Below are positions 1 through 9,795 of a DNA stretch of 64,000 nt, piece after piece. Position numbers and translations under genes: made by a program. The notes under the pieces were generated by a model, which saw nothing but the letters and a program-made list of their open reading frames with translations, searched no databases and was not told the DNA's origin. The DNA comes from an uncultured Acidobacteriota bacterium (lineage in GTDB: Bacteria; Acidobacteriota; Thermoanaerobaculia; UBA5066), in contig CAVZYA010000002.1 of NCBI GenBank assembly GCA_963779415.1, positions 96,001 through 160,000 of the forward strand, read 5' to 3'. Numbering within the stretch: position 1 is the first letter of the stretch; each line of letters starts with the position of its first letter.

Positions 1-690
1 CGTGGGATTCGGCGTGGTCCCCTGCATGTAGCCCGAGACGGCGTCGAGGACGCCGGGGCCCCTCTTGAAGTAGTGCTGGATCCCCCAGAAGCAGCCGCCG
101 GCGAAGTAGGCGACCTCGGTCTTCACGGGCGCGCTCTCGGGCGGGACGGGCGCCCCCTTCTCGAGGAACTTCAGGGAGGCCGAATTGAGGCAGAAGCGCT
201 CCCCCGTGGGACGCGGGCCGTCGTCGAAGACGTGGCCGAGGTGGGCGCCGCAGCGGGCGCACTCGATCTCCACCCTCTTCATCCCGAAGCTCCGGTCCTC
301 CTTCCGGACGACGTGGGCCGGGTCGAACGGCCGAGTGAAGCTGGGCCAGCCGGTGCCGGAATTGAACTTGTGGGCGCTGGCGAAGAGCGGCAGGCCGCAG
401 ACGACGCAGACGTAGACGCCGTCCTTGTGGTTGTCGAGGAGGTTGCCGCAGAACGCGGGCTCGGTGTCGGCCTTCTGCGTGATCCGGTACTCCTCGGGAG
501 TCAGCTTCGCGGCGAGCTTCGCCACGTCTCCCGGGGGGAGCGGGGTGATGTCGTAGCCGGAAGCCGAGTAGACGGGGGCCATGCTCTTCCCTTTCTCGGT
601 GGACTTCGCGGTTTCCTTCGACTCCGCACGCGAGCAGGCGGCGACGACGAGGGCGAGGAGGAGGGCGGTGGATAATGAAAAGCGTCTCAC
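1..690 (-). CDS. msrAB: Bifunctional methionine sulfoxide reductase MsrB-MsrA, probable lipoprotein (3' end outside the window)
   Basis: Hand translation of the minus strand from GTG 690 gives a signal peptide/lipobox (LLLALVVAAC), MsrB motifs (SGTGWPSF, HLGHVFDDGP, RFCLNS) and then the MsrA motif YFAGGCFWG. Not in the ORF track because it runs off the edge. Confidence 0.92.
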   Translation of the reverse strand, partial: MRRFSLSTALLLALVVAACSRAESKETAKSTEKGKSMAPVYSASGYDITPLPPGDVAKLAAKLTPEEYRITQKADTEPAFCGNLLDNHKDGVYVCVVCGLPLFASAHKFNSGTGWPSFTRPFDPAHVVRKEDRSFGMKRVEIECARCGAHLGHVFDDGPRPTGERFCLNSASLKFLEKGAPVPPESAPVKTEVAYFAGGCFWGIQHYFKRGPGVLDAVSGYMQGTTPNPT

Positions 691-695
691 GGACT

Positions 696-728
696 CTTCT
701 ATGCCGGTCGCGGCGTGGGGGTCTCGCT
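696..728 (-). promoter_or_regulatory. Candidate ECF sigma promoter for msrAB
   Basis: Minus strand GCGAGACC-N16-CATAGAAG, with the same spacing and downstream element as the motif upstream of the ECF sigma gene. Confidence 0.5.
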
Positions 729-729
729 C

Positions 730-1419
730 CTACCGGCCGAGCCGGGCGGACATGAAGGCGCGTTCCCGCCGCTCCCACGTGAGACCGGCCGCCAGACCGG
801 CCAGCAAGAGAACTACGACGGCGCCGACGTGCCAGATGAGGACGTGTCTCAGGTCGGTGATGTCGCAGTGGAGGCGGTAGACCCCCTCGGCCATGACGCC
901 GCAGCCAACCCCGGAGAGAAGGCCCGCGACCGCCGCGCGGAGCGGCTCAGCGCGCGCGACGAGGGCCGCGACGAGGATGAGGGCCGACATTCCGAAAAGC
1001 AGGGTCGCCAGGAAGCAGGCGGGACCGTGGCGGGTCCACGGGTCGGGGAGCTCGATGCCGGCGCTCCCCCGGCGCGAGAGGATCGCCTGCGCGGCGAGGG
1101 CCGCGAGCGCCGCGCCGATCGCGAGGAGGGAGAGCCCCGTTCCCACGCCGCGCCCCGGGACGGCCGCGGCGAGGGCGAGGGCGACGAGGACGACCCCGGC
1201 CGCGCTCTGGACGAAGACCGGGCCCCAGGTCAGGACGGGGCCAAGTTGTTCCGCATCGCCTCGAATGCCGAGGAATGCGAGAAGGACCAGGAGAGCTCCT
1301 GCCGCCCAGACGGCGGCCGCGAGCGCGCGGGTGAGAGGAGGACCGAGACGCCGAACGGGCGTCGTATCGGCCGCGACGGCGCGGCGCAGAGCCTCGGAGA
1401 GAGGCGGCGGACCGGCCAT
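730..1419 (-). CDS. NrsF/DUF1109-type membrane anti-sigma factor
   Basis: About 6 TM segments, conserved Cys in ACF and YRLHC followed by HVLIWH; lies directly downstream of the ECF sigma gene. Confidence 0.8.
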   Translation of the reverse strand: MAGPPPLSEALRRAVAADTTPVRRLGPPLTRALAAAVWAAGALLVLLAFLGIRGDAEQLGPVLTWGPVFVQSAAGVVLVALALAAAVPGRGVGTGLSLLAIGAALAALAAQAILSRRGSAGIELPDPWTRHGPACFLATLLFGMSALILVAALVARAEPLRAAVAGLLSGVGCGVMAEGVYRLHCDITDLRHVLIWHVGAVVVLLLAGLAAGLTWERRERAFMSARLGR

Positions 1420-1422
1420 CGG

Positions 1423-1980
1423 TCAGCCCTTCTCCCGGGCGAAGAGCGTCCGCAGCTCCACGATGCCGCGGTGGGCGCGGAGCTTCGCCGCGAGCGCCGT
1501 CGTCCCCTGCACCTCTCCCACCTCGCGGAAGGAGAGCCCTTCGACGTGGTGGAGGAGGAGCGCCTCGCGCTGCGTCTCCGGAAGGCGGGCGAGGGCGCGA
1601 CGGACGAAGTCCCGCGTGCCGAGACCCTCGGCTTCGGCCGGGATCGGAATGTCGGGCAATTCGTCGCCCGCAGGTCCTTCGTGCCGCTCCAGCCGCCCGG
1701 CGCCACGCCGCCACATCAGGAAGACGTTGTGCGCGATGGCGTAGATCCACGCCTTCGCGGAGCGGGAGGGGTCGTAGGTGCGTCGTGCCCGGTGGACGCG
1801 AAAGAAGGTCTCCTGCAGAAGATCGTCGGCTCGCGCGCCGTCGCGCGTCAAGGAGTGGAGGTAGCCGTGGAGCGGCCCCGAAAGCTTCGTGTAGAGGGAT
1901 TCGAATGCCATGGAGTCACCGGCCTGGTAGGCGGCCATCAGCTCGCTGAGAGTCGAATTCAGTTCGCTTCTGTCGTCCAC
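1423..1980 (-). CDS. ECF RNA polymerase sigma factor
   Basis: Region 2 (ADDLLQETFFRVHR, WIYAIAHN) and region 4 (LPETQREALLLHHVEGLSFREV). Confidence 0.92.
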   Translation of the reverse strand: MDDRSELNSTLSELMAAYQAGDSMAFESLYTKLSGPLHGYLHSLTRDGARADDLLQETFFRVHRARRTYDPSRSAKAWIYAIAHNVFLMWRRGAGRLERHEGPAGDELPDIPIPAEAEGLGTRDFVRRALARLPETQREALLLHHVEGLSFREVGEVQGTTALAAKLRAHRGIVELRTLFAREKG

Positions 1981-1990
1981 CCGCTCGGTC

Positions 1991-2022
1991 CTTCTATGCC
2001 CCGGAGGGCCTGCGGGTTACGC
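1991..2022 (-). promoter_or_regulatory. Candidate autoregulatory ECF promoter
   Basis: Minus strand GCGTAACC-N16-CATAGAAG; GTAAC is the -35 element described for NrsF/OsrA-paired ECF sigmas. Confidence 0.55.
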
Positions 2023-2204
2023 GCCGCCGCGTGGCCGGCCGCCCCCCGACGGTTGACGGGATCCTATCCGGTCGGGGTCCTCTCCGGTACGAACGTCTCA
2101 TGGACTTTTCCCCCGGGGAGGCGTGGGATGCGATCGGGCCATTGCCCGGCGGGCGGGAGTTCCGGAGGGCGCGGCCGAGTGACGAGCGAAAGGACGGAGC
2201 CATC

Positions 2205-3350
2205 ATGGCCTTGACCCCGATGCAGGACAAGAAAGCCGACCTCGCGGGACCGGGGATCGGAACGTACGAGGATCTCGAGAAGGTCCTCCCGAACGACTAC
2301 AGGCCGCTCCTCTCGAAGAAGGAGACGCAGAAGGCCATCACCGCGATCAAGCGCAACATCGAGGACGGGCTCTGCCGCGAGCTGAACCTGATCCGGGTGG
2401 AGGTGCCCCTCATCGTCGACGCCGAGAGCGGCGTGAACGACTGGTTGGACCGCGACGGATCGCGCGGTCCGGTCTGCTTCCGGATCACGAACGACCACGG
2501 AAAGAACCCGATCGACGCGCAGGTCGTCCAGGCCGCCACGAAGTGGAAGAGGGTGGCCCTCGCGCAGTTCGGCATGGAGACGGGCGAGGGGCTCGTGACC
2601 GACATGCGGGCCGTCCGGAAGGACTATTTCCTCGACCACGACCACAGCGCCTACGTCGACCAGTGGGACTGGGAGAAGGTCATCACCGCGAAGGAGCGGA
2701 ACCTCGACACCCTGACGAAGACCGTGGAAGGGATCTGGAAGGTCCTCAAGGGAGCCGAGGAGTTCGCGCGGGACCTCTTTCCCGGACTCAGGAAGTCAAA
2801 GCATCCGCGAATCCCCGACAAGTTGACCTTCATTCACGCCGAGGAGATCCTGGAGAAGTACCCCGACCTCCCGCGCAAGAAGCGCGAGACGGCGATCCTG
2901 CAGGAATACCCGGCCGTCTTCATCTACGGCATCGGCTGGACGCTGAAGGACGGATATCCCCACGAGATGCGCGCGGCCGACTACGACGACTGGGTCACCG
3001 AGACCCGGTCGAAGGACGGCAAGCCGATGCACGGCCTCAACGGGGACATCCTCGTCTGGAACCCCGTGACGAAGCGGCGTCACGAGCTGTCGTCGATGGG
3101 GGTCCGCGTCAACGCGGAGACGCTGAAGAAGCAGCTGGAGATGACGAACCAGATGCACTTCCTGAAGTTCCCCTACCACCAGGGGATCGTGAACGGAACG
3201 CTCCCCCTGTCGATCGGGGGCGGCATCGGCCAGTCCCGGACGCTGATGTACCTCCTCCAGACTGCGCATCTCGGCGAGGTCTCGGTCACGGTCTGGCCGA
3301 AGGTCCTCAAGGAGATGTGCGCCAGGCGCAACATCCACGTCATCGAGTAG
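2205..3350 (+). CDS. asnA: Aspartate--ammonia ligase (asparagine synthetase A)
   Basis: KWKR, HSAYVDQWDWEK, RAADYDDW, LNGDI, ELSSMG and SIGGGIGQSR motifs; ATG 2205 follows GGAG. Confidence 0.93.
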   Translation: MALTPMQDKKADLAGPGIGTYEDLEKVLPNDYRPLLSKKETQKAITAIKRNIEDGLCRELNLIRVEVPLIVDAESGVNDWLDRDGSRGPVCFRITNDHGKNPIDAQVVQAATKWKRVALAQFGMETGEGLVTDMRAVRKDYFLDHDHSAYVDQWDWEKVITAKERNLDTLTKTVEGIWKVLKGAEEFARDLFPGLRKSKHPRIPDKLTFIHAEEILEKYPDLPRKKRETAILQEYPAVFIYGIGWTLKDGYPHEMRAADYDDWVTETRSKDGKPMHGLNGDILVWNPVTKRRHELSSMGVRVNAETLKKQLEMTNQMHFLKFPYHQGIVNGTLPLSIGGGIGQSRTLMYLLQTAHLGEVSVTVWPKVLKEMCARRNIHVIE

Positions 3351-3360
3351 ACGGGAGAGT

Positions 3361-4491
3361 TCACCCGGCGCGGAGGGTGACGAGGAGGATCTCGCTCGGA
3401 CGGAAGAGGCGCATCCGCGGGCCCCACGTCCCGGTGCCGCGGCAGACGAGAACGGTCATTCCGCCGACCTCGAAGCGCCCTTCGAGAAGCGGGTACTGGA
3501 TCGCCGCGAGATGGCCGAAAGGCCAGATCTGTCCGGCGTGTGTGTGGCCCGAGAGCATGAGGCCGGCGCCGAGACGTGCCGCCTCCTCCGCCTTCCACGG
3601 CGTGTGTGACAGAAAGACCGTCGCCCCCGCCGGCCGCCCTTCGAGCGCCCGCTTCACGGGCGTACTGTCCAACCCGTACTGCCGGCGTGCCGTCAGGTCG
3701 TCCACCCCCGCGAAGACGAGCCCCGGCCGCACCTCGACCGCCCGGTCGCGAAGGACGGTGAATCCGGCCCCTTCGAGGATCCGCACGCTCTCCTCGAGGC
3801 CGGCGTAGTACTCGTGGTTCCCCGTCACGGCGAAGGAGCCGAGCGGCGCCGAAAAACGGGAAAGGAGCGGCCCGAAGTCGGCTTCCCGGCGGCTGTCCCC
3901 TTCCAGGATGTCGCCGCAAAGAACGACGAGGTCGGGCTTCAGGGCATTCACCTGCTCGATCCGCGCCTCAAGCCAGCTCTTCCCGAGAAGCGTTCCGACG
4001 TGAAGGTCGGAAAGAACGGCCAGCGTCGTCCCCTCCCGCTCCGGCGGAAGCCCTTTCAGCCGGACCTCGTAATCCCGGACGACCGGGGGCCGGAGCGCCT
4101 GCACGACGGCGACGAGCGACAGGGCGCCGGCGACGAGAAGGGCGGCGCCGCGGAGCGCGAGCACCTTCTCGCGGAAGAAGAAGCCGAAGCCGGTCGCGAC
4201 GTCGACCGCGAGAAGCGCCACGAAAGCGAGGAAGACGACCCCCATCCAGTTCGCGCCGAGAAGTTCCAGCGGCGAGACGAGAAACGCCGGCGCGACGCGG
4301 TAGAGAAGCCGGGCGAGGATGTAGCTCGATGCGAGGAAGACGGCCAGCACAACATAGGACCATCGCGGGAGGCTCCGCGAGATCGCCGGCACCGACGCCG
4401 CCCGCCAGAAGACGTAGGCGTTCACACCGACCCAGATCGTGATGAAGATCGCGAAGAACACCGTCATTCTCCCGACGCCCGTGCGCGCCAT
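3361..4491 (-). CDS. Membrane-anchored calcineurin-like metallophosphoesterase (YkuE/YaeI-like)
   Basis: Four N-terminal TM segments; SDLH, GD, GNHE, LSH and SGHTHAGQ motifs. Confidence 0.9.
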   Translation of the reverse strand: MARTGVGRMTVFFAIFITIWVGVNAYVFWRAASVPAISRSLPRWSYVVLAVFLASSYILARLLYRVAPAFLVSPLELLGANWMGVVFLAFVALLAVDVATGFGFFFREKVLALRGAALLVAGALSLVAVVQALRPPVVRDYEVRLKGLPPEREGTTLAVLSDLHVGTLLGKSWLEARIEQVNALKPDLVVLCGDILEGDSRREADFGPLLSRFSAPLGSFAVTGNHEYYAGLEESVRILEGAGFTVLRDRAVEVRPGLVFAGVDDLTARRQYGLDSTPVKRALEGRPAGATVFLSHTPWKAEEAARLGAGLMLSGHTHAGQIWPFGHLAAIQYPLLEGRFEVGGMTVLVCRGTGTWGPRMRLFRPSEILLVTLRAG

Positions 4492-4537
4492 TCAGGGAGA
4501 ACGATAACCGCTGTCGGGCGCGAACGCGCCCCGGAAG

Positions 4538-5080
4538 TCACTTCGCCTTGGTCGACTTTCCTTCTGCCAGCGTCATCCAGTTTTCCTTGTCGTCCGCCAT
4601 CTCCCACTTGAAGGTGTACTCGGTCGGCGAGGTCTCGATGCTGATCCACCGGCTCTTGATGATCTTTTCCTTCATCTTGGTGGTGGTGGTGTACGTCCAG
4701 ACGTTGCCCTTCAGCGTGCCGTCCCCCCCGAAGCCCATGCCCCTGTTGTCCGCGCCGTAGTACGTGTAGATCTTGTTCTCGGCGTCGTAGCCCATCAGTC
4801 CGATCCCCTTCGTGCTCCCCACGGGGTCCTTCCCTTCGCCTGTGCATTTCAGGAAGAAGCCGTCCAGGACCCACTCGCAGCTGTCCTTCGACGAGAACTT
4901 GCCGGCCGGGCCGAAGGGGTTTTCCTTCTGCTGGCCCTCGGTGATCCATTTTCCTTCGAAGTAGGAGAGCCGCTTGAGTTCCGGGCCGGGCTTCGGAGGT
5001 CCGGCCGGTGACTGAGCCAGCGCCGTGGAGGCCGCCGCGAAAAGGGCCAGAAGGCCGAGGGTGCCGATTCGTAATCTCAT
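4538..5080 (-). CDS. Exported beta-barrel protein, DUF1579-like
   Basis: Signal peptide; PGPELKRLSYFEGKW, CEWVLDGFFL and GYDAENK patterns. Confidence 0.65.
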   Translation of the reverse strand: MRLRIGTLGLLALFAAASTALAQSPAGPPKPGPELKRLSYFEGKWITEGQQKENPFGPAGKFSSKDSCEWVLDGFFLKCTGEGKDPVGSTKGIGLMGYDAENKIYTYYGADNRGMGFGGDGTLKGNVWTYTTTTKMKEKIIKSRWISIETSPTEYTFKWEMADDKENWMTLAEGKSTKAK

Positions 5081-5179
5081 GGGTTTCTCCTTACCTGACG
5101 AAGATTCTAGTCCGCGAGGGACGAAGGCGTCCCCGGGCTAGAGCGTGCTCACGCGGTTGTCAGGATCGGTCCGCCGTGA

Positions 5180-5345
5180 CCCGCCCTGACGAGGCAGAAG
5201 ATCGCCGACCTCGCCGCCACGACGGTCGAGACGGCCATCCGCGTCATGAGCCGCTGGAGAAAGGACGGGCTCGTCGAGACGCGTGAGGACGGTTTCTTCG
5301 TTCCCAACGTTGAAGGGCTGAAGAAACACGTGGCCGCCAATGGAG
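5180..5345 (+). pseudogene. Remnant of the C-terminal HTH of a Crp/Fnr-family regulator
   Basis: LTRQKIADLAATTVETAIRVMSRWRKDGLV is a Crp-type HTH; in-frame TGA at 5177 immediately upstream and no sensor domain. Confidence 0.7.
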
Positions 5346-6412
5346 CGGTCGGGCGGCACGCTCCCCCGCCGTCTGGGATGACGGCCACCAGCCGAGCGAC
5401 ACGAGCTGGCGTGCCACCTCGTCGGCGACGACGGCATTTCCCGCGGCGTTGTAATGGCCGTCGGGACGGAACCAGGTGCCGGCGAGCGTCCGGGCGCCGC
5501 TTTCCTGCCGCGTGAGAAAGGCGTTCTCGAGGTCGGCGAAGGCCCAGCCTCCAGCGCGGGCGGCCTCGCGGAGACGCCCCGCCCAGCCGTCGGGGTCGCC
5601 CTGCCGGAGAGGTAGGAAGACGACCAGGAAGTGCCCGCCCTTTTCGCGCACGAGACGGGCGAGCGCCTCGACGACGTGGATCGGGACGGACGGATCGGCG
5701 GGAGAGGCCTCGCGGTGGACGAGGCGTGTGGCCAGGAATCGGACGAAGCCCCAGGACCCGGTGAGCGGCTTTCCAGGCGGGATGCGGGGCGGCACCGGCA
5801 CGTTCGTCAGAACGAGAGCGTTGCCCGTCCACCGGAAGAGCGGGCGACCGTGCCCGCTGACCCACCGGTCGAGCGTCGCCCGCCGCATATCCTCGCCGAT
5901 TACGGCGAGGACCACGACGTCGGCCGCCAGTTTCGCGCCGTCCTCGCGGTACCAGAGATACATCTGGTCGACGCCGTAGGCGGACGCCCCCATGTTCACG
6001 ACCTCGGACGCGGAGAGGCGCGCCTCGAGAAGCGCGGGCCAGGTCTCGTCGGTCTGGACGTTTCCGAACGTGAAGGAATCGCCGAGCGCGATGACGCGAC
6101 GCTTCCCGGGCGGGACGGTGGGGGTGATGTCGTGGTCGCCGCGGAACCCGTTGGCATTGATCGTCCAGACGACGTCCCCCCCGAGGATCGGCATCGGTAC
6201 GGAACGCCCGGCACATGCTTCTATCCGAGCAGCGGGTCGTCGGCGTTGATCGGATCCTCGAGGACGCGGATGGCGATCCCGGTCTGCGCCGAGTAGACCT
6301 TCCACGGCCGCCACGTGAGGGCCGTTTCGCGCACGAGCCACGCGGCCGCGAGGCCCAGCCCGATCCAGACTCCGCCGATCAGAATCCGCCCGATGCGCCG
6401 GGCGGTCGGCAA
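5244..6412 (-). CDS. SGNH/GDSL hydrolase-fold membrane-anchored protein (interrupted near 6200-6223)
   Basis: N-terminal TM, DDPLLG*KHVPG (Trp expected at the TAG), then a frame change to INANGFRG, LGDSFTFG, NMGASAYG and the DGHYN catalytic block. Confidence 0.75.
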
Positions 6413-6432
6413 GACGTCGGAGGGCTCGGTCT

Positions 6433-8326
6433 TCAGCGCCCCTCTCTCGCCTCGCACGAGCACCACGCATAGACGCTGTTCGGATCGTTGAAGGCGAGGA
6501 ACCTCGCCGTCTCGCCAAGCCGGTCGAGAACGGCCCGGACGGCAGGGGAAACCGGCGCCGCCTCCGGTTCCCCGGCCTCGAATCCGAAGGCCCGGGCGAA
6601 GCGCGCGCGGGCGTCCAGGAGCTGGGAGAGGAGCTTTTCGCGGAAGGTGAGTTCCTTCTCGACGTACCAGACGCGGTACTTCCCTTCCGTGAGCTTCGCC
6701 CTCTTCGCGGCGGAGGCGATCGCGTCCGGACAAGCCACCCGCCTTGTCGACCAGCTTCAACTCGATGGCGTCGGCGCCGCTCCAGACCCGCCCCCGGGCG
6801 ATCCGGTCGACGTCCTCTTTCGACATCTTTCGCGCCTCCGCCACCCTTTCGAGGAAGTCCTCGTAGCCGCGGTTGATGGAGAGCTGGATCATCCGCCCCA
6901 CCTCGGGGTCGAGCGCGCGGTCGGGGCGAAGGGCTCCCGAGAGCCACGTCGTCCCGACACCGTCGACGCGCATGCCGAGGTATTTCGCCATCGGCTTCTC
7001 CACGGTCGGGAACATCCCGAAGATGCCGATCGAGCCGGTGATCGTGTCGGGGCTGGCGAAGATCTCGTCGCTCGCCGTGGAGATCCAGTAGCCCCCCGAG
7101 GCCGCGACGCTTCCCATGGAGACGACGACAGGCTTCTTGTCGACCGTCCGCGCGAGGGAGAGTTCCCGCCGGATCACCTCCGATCCGAAGACGCTTCCGC
7201 CGGGGCTGTCGACGCGAAGAACGATCGCCTTCACCCTGTCGTCCTGACGCGCCTTCCGGACGAGGGCGGCCGTCGACTCGCCGCCGATCGTTCCGGGCGG
7301 CTGTTTCCCGTCGAGGATGTCGCCGACCGCCAGGATGACCGCGACGGCGTCGCCGCTCCCCCTCTCCCCGGTCCGGTCGCCCCCCCGGTTCTCGAGGTAG
7401 TCGGCCACGGAGACCTGCTTGAAGGTCTTTTCGTCCTTCTCCTCTCCGACCAGAGTGATCATCCGTTTCCGGACTTCGTCGCGGTAGCCGAGCCGGTCGA
7501 CGAGCTTCGCCTCGAGAGCCATCGTCGCGAGGCTCCCCTTCGCGGCCTCGAGCCGCGCGGGCATCTGGTCGATGGAGGCGCGAATCTCGTCCGGCGAGAG
7601 CTTTCGCGCGGAAGCGGCGTCCTTCACCCACGAGCCCCAGAGATCCGAGAGCCACTTGAGGTCGGCCTCGCGCGATTCCGGGGACGGCTCGTTCCGCGTG
7701 AAGGGCTCGACGTACGACTTGTACTCACCGACGCGGAAGACGTGCCAGTCGATGCCGAGCCGGTCGATGGCGTCCTTGTAGTAGGTCCGCCACCGCCCGA
7801 AGCCTTCGAGAAGGACCGCCCCTTCCGGATGGAGCCAGACTTCGTCCGCCGCGGCCGCGACGCCATAGGATCCCTGGAGGTACCCCTCGCCGTAGGCGAT
7901 CACCTTCTTTCCGCTCTTCTTGAAATCGAGGAGCGCCGCGCGCAGCTCCTCGATCTTCGTCAGCCCGCCCCCCGTCATCGAGCTGACGTCGAGGAAGATG
8001 GCGCCGATCCGCTTGTCCTCCTTCGCGAACCTGACCGCGTCGAGAAGGTCCCTGAGGAGCGTCTGCCGCCCCGAATCCCCGAGGAGCGCGGCCTCGACCA
8101 CGTTGTCCGGCGAGACACGCGAAAGCTGCTCGACGAGGGTTCCCTGAGGTCTCACGACGAGGGCCGCCCCTTTCGGCACTTTCGGACGCCCGGCGATCGC
8201 CACCCAGACGAGCCAGACGACGAGAGCCAGAAAAAGGATGTTGACGACGAAACGACGGGACTGGTCGACGGCGGTCCCGAGGCCGGAGAGGAACCCGGCC
8301 ACCCGGGAGCGCTTGCGGTCTTCCAT
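6433..8326 (-). CDS. sppA: Signal peptide peptidase SppA, 67K type (frameshift near 6735)
   Basis: RVGEYKS, LRVDSPGGS, SMGSVAASGGYW, TGSIG and GRVWSG motifs; the C-terminus (NDPNSVYAWC) continues in the 6433..6738 frame; RBS GAAGGAG before ATG 8326. Confidence 0.92.
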
Positions 8327-8354
8327 CAGAAGCTCCTTCGCCGGCCGCGCGGGT

Positions 8355-9587
8355 CTACGCCGCCCGCGGGCGGCGCTTCCACCAGATGTAGGGGCGGGCG
8401 AGCGCCCGGATGGCGGTGAGCTTGGCCTCGTAGATCTTCGAGGAGAAGGAGGGGGGCGCGAGGTCCGCCGTCTCCTCCGGCTGGACGACGAGCGACACCT
8501 GGATCTCCGGAAAGACGCCGATGGGGAGCCCCGCGCGCTTGACCGACTCCCAGAGGTGGGCGAAGACATCCTTCATTGCCTCGGGATCCGGGGGCGGCGT
8601 CCTCTCCATCTCGCTTCCGACCGTGGGCCGGAAGATGCAAACGGTCGGGAAGGCTCCGGCGCTCACGATCCGGTCGATGCCACGCTTGGTCGCCTCGATC
8701 GGCTCGGGCCCCGCGATGATCTCGCCCGAGGTCTTTCCCGCGCCGAGCTTCTTCGACGTGTACTCCATCGCGTCGAAGAACGCCTTCTGCCCGAGCGTCT
8801 GTGCCTTGCCGGGGCAGATGCGCGCGAAGACCTCCGGGTCCTCGAACTCGTAGCAGAAGGAGAAATGGTCGGTCCCGGCCTCGATGAGGTCGTCGTACTC
8901 GCGGTAGAGCTCCTTCGGCACCGGGACGGCCTGGACCCCGATGAAGCCGCCGACGCGCGCACGGACGGCGCGGACGAACGGCTCGCACTGTCTCAGGCCG
9001 TGGAGATTCTCGAGGTTTGGCTTGTCCTCGAAGTGATAGCCGGTATTCAGGTGCGTGAAGATCGATCCCGAGCGGTCGCGCGCGGCGAGCGCCGTCTCGA
9101 CGACGTCCTCGACCTTCTTGCGCGACTCCTCGGCCTCGCCGACGTTCCGCCCCGTCGTGCAGAACTTGCAGGCGGGCGCGGCCGGGATCGACCAGTAGAG
9201 GCAGGAGTTCGAGACGTAGATGCCGAGATAGGTCCCCTGCAGGACGCCGACGCGGCTCATCGGGGTTCCCGCGGACGTCGTCCACGAGTACCACTCCGGC
9301 TCGGGAGGGACCTCGACGGGGTAATGCGATCCATCCCGCGCGTCGGCCACGGCCCAGCCGCCGCCCGCGCGCGTCAGGAGAAACGGGGACGACTCCGCGA
9401 AGGACTCGATGACCGGGACGTTCACCCAGATCTTCTTCCTCGGCGACGGGAGGACCAGCTCGAGTCCCGAGCCGAGGCCGGCCCGGGTCCGGGCAATCCG
9501 GCGCGCCGCCTCCTCGACGTGCGCGACCGGGTCGACCCTCATGCCGCGACAGAACAGTTCGATTTCCAGCTCGACGGGTTTCAGCAC
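8355..9587 (-). CDS. Radical SAM protein with extended CX10CX2C motif (MSMEG_0568-like)
   Basis: NSCLYWSIPAAPACKFC motif, RTRAGLGSG N-terminal motif, ICPGKA and FRPTVGS. Confidence 0.8.
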   Translation of the reverse strand: MLKPVELEIELFCRGMRVDPVAHVEEAARRIARTRAGLGSGLELVLPSPRKKIWVNVPVIESFAESSPFLLTRAGGGWAVADARDGSHYPVEVPPEPEWYSWTTSAGTPMSRVGVLQGTYLGIYVSNSCLYWSIPAAPACKFCTTGRNVGEAEESRKKVEDVVETALAARDRSGSIFTHLNTGYHFEDKPNLENLHGLRQCEPFVRAVRARVGGFIGVQAVPVPKELYREYDDLIEAGTDHFSFCYEFEDPEVFARICPGKAQTLGQKAFFDAMEYTSKKLGAGKTSGEIIAGPEPIEATKRGIDRIVSAGAFPTVCIFRPTVGSEMERTPPPDPEAMKDVFAHLWESVKRAGLPIGVFPEIQVSLVVQPEETADLAPPSFSSKIYEAKLTAIRALARPYIWWKRRPRAA

Positions 9588-9741
9588 GTCTTTCCCCCCG
9601 GCGCACGTCCCGCGCGCCGGCACGGATGGTACTCCCGCTCCGGTCGGCGATGCCGATGTCTCAACCGCGGGAAAAGCCCCACTCGATCAGGGATTTTGCC
9701 CGCCATCCGGCCCCGAGACCCCTGAAACCGCCCCTGATGCG

Positions 9742-9757
9742 TTGGCATCGCCCTTGC
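9742..9757 (+). promoter_or_regulatory. Candidate sigma54 -24/-12 promoter for the PAS-LuxR gene
   Basis: TTGGCATCGCCCTTGC gives exact GG-N10-GC spacing, about 40 nt before ATG 9796. Confidence 0.65.
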
Positions 9758-9795
9758 CCCCGTTTTCGATATTGGCGAAGGGAGGGTTGACGCTC

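Noticed and set aside
6221-6223. In-frame TAG at an expected Trp as stop-codon recoding
   Set aside because: Single instance beside an indel, and TAG is used as a normal stop elsewhere (asnA, blc).
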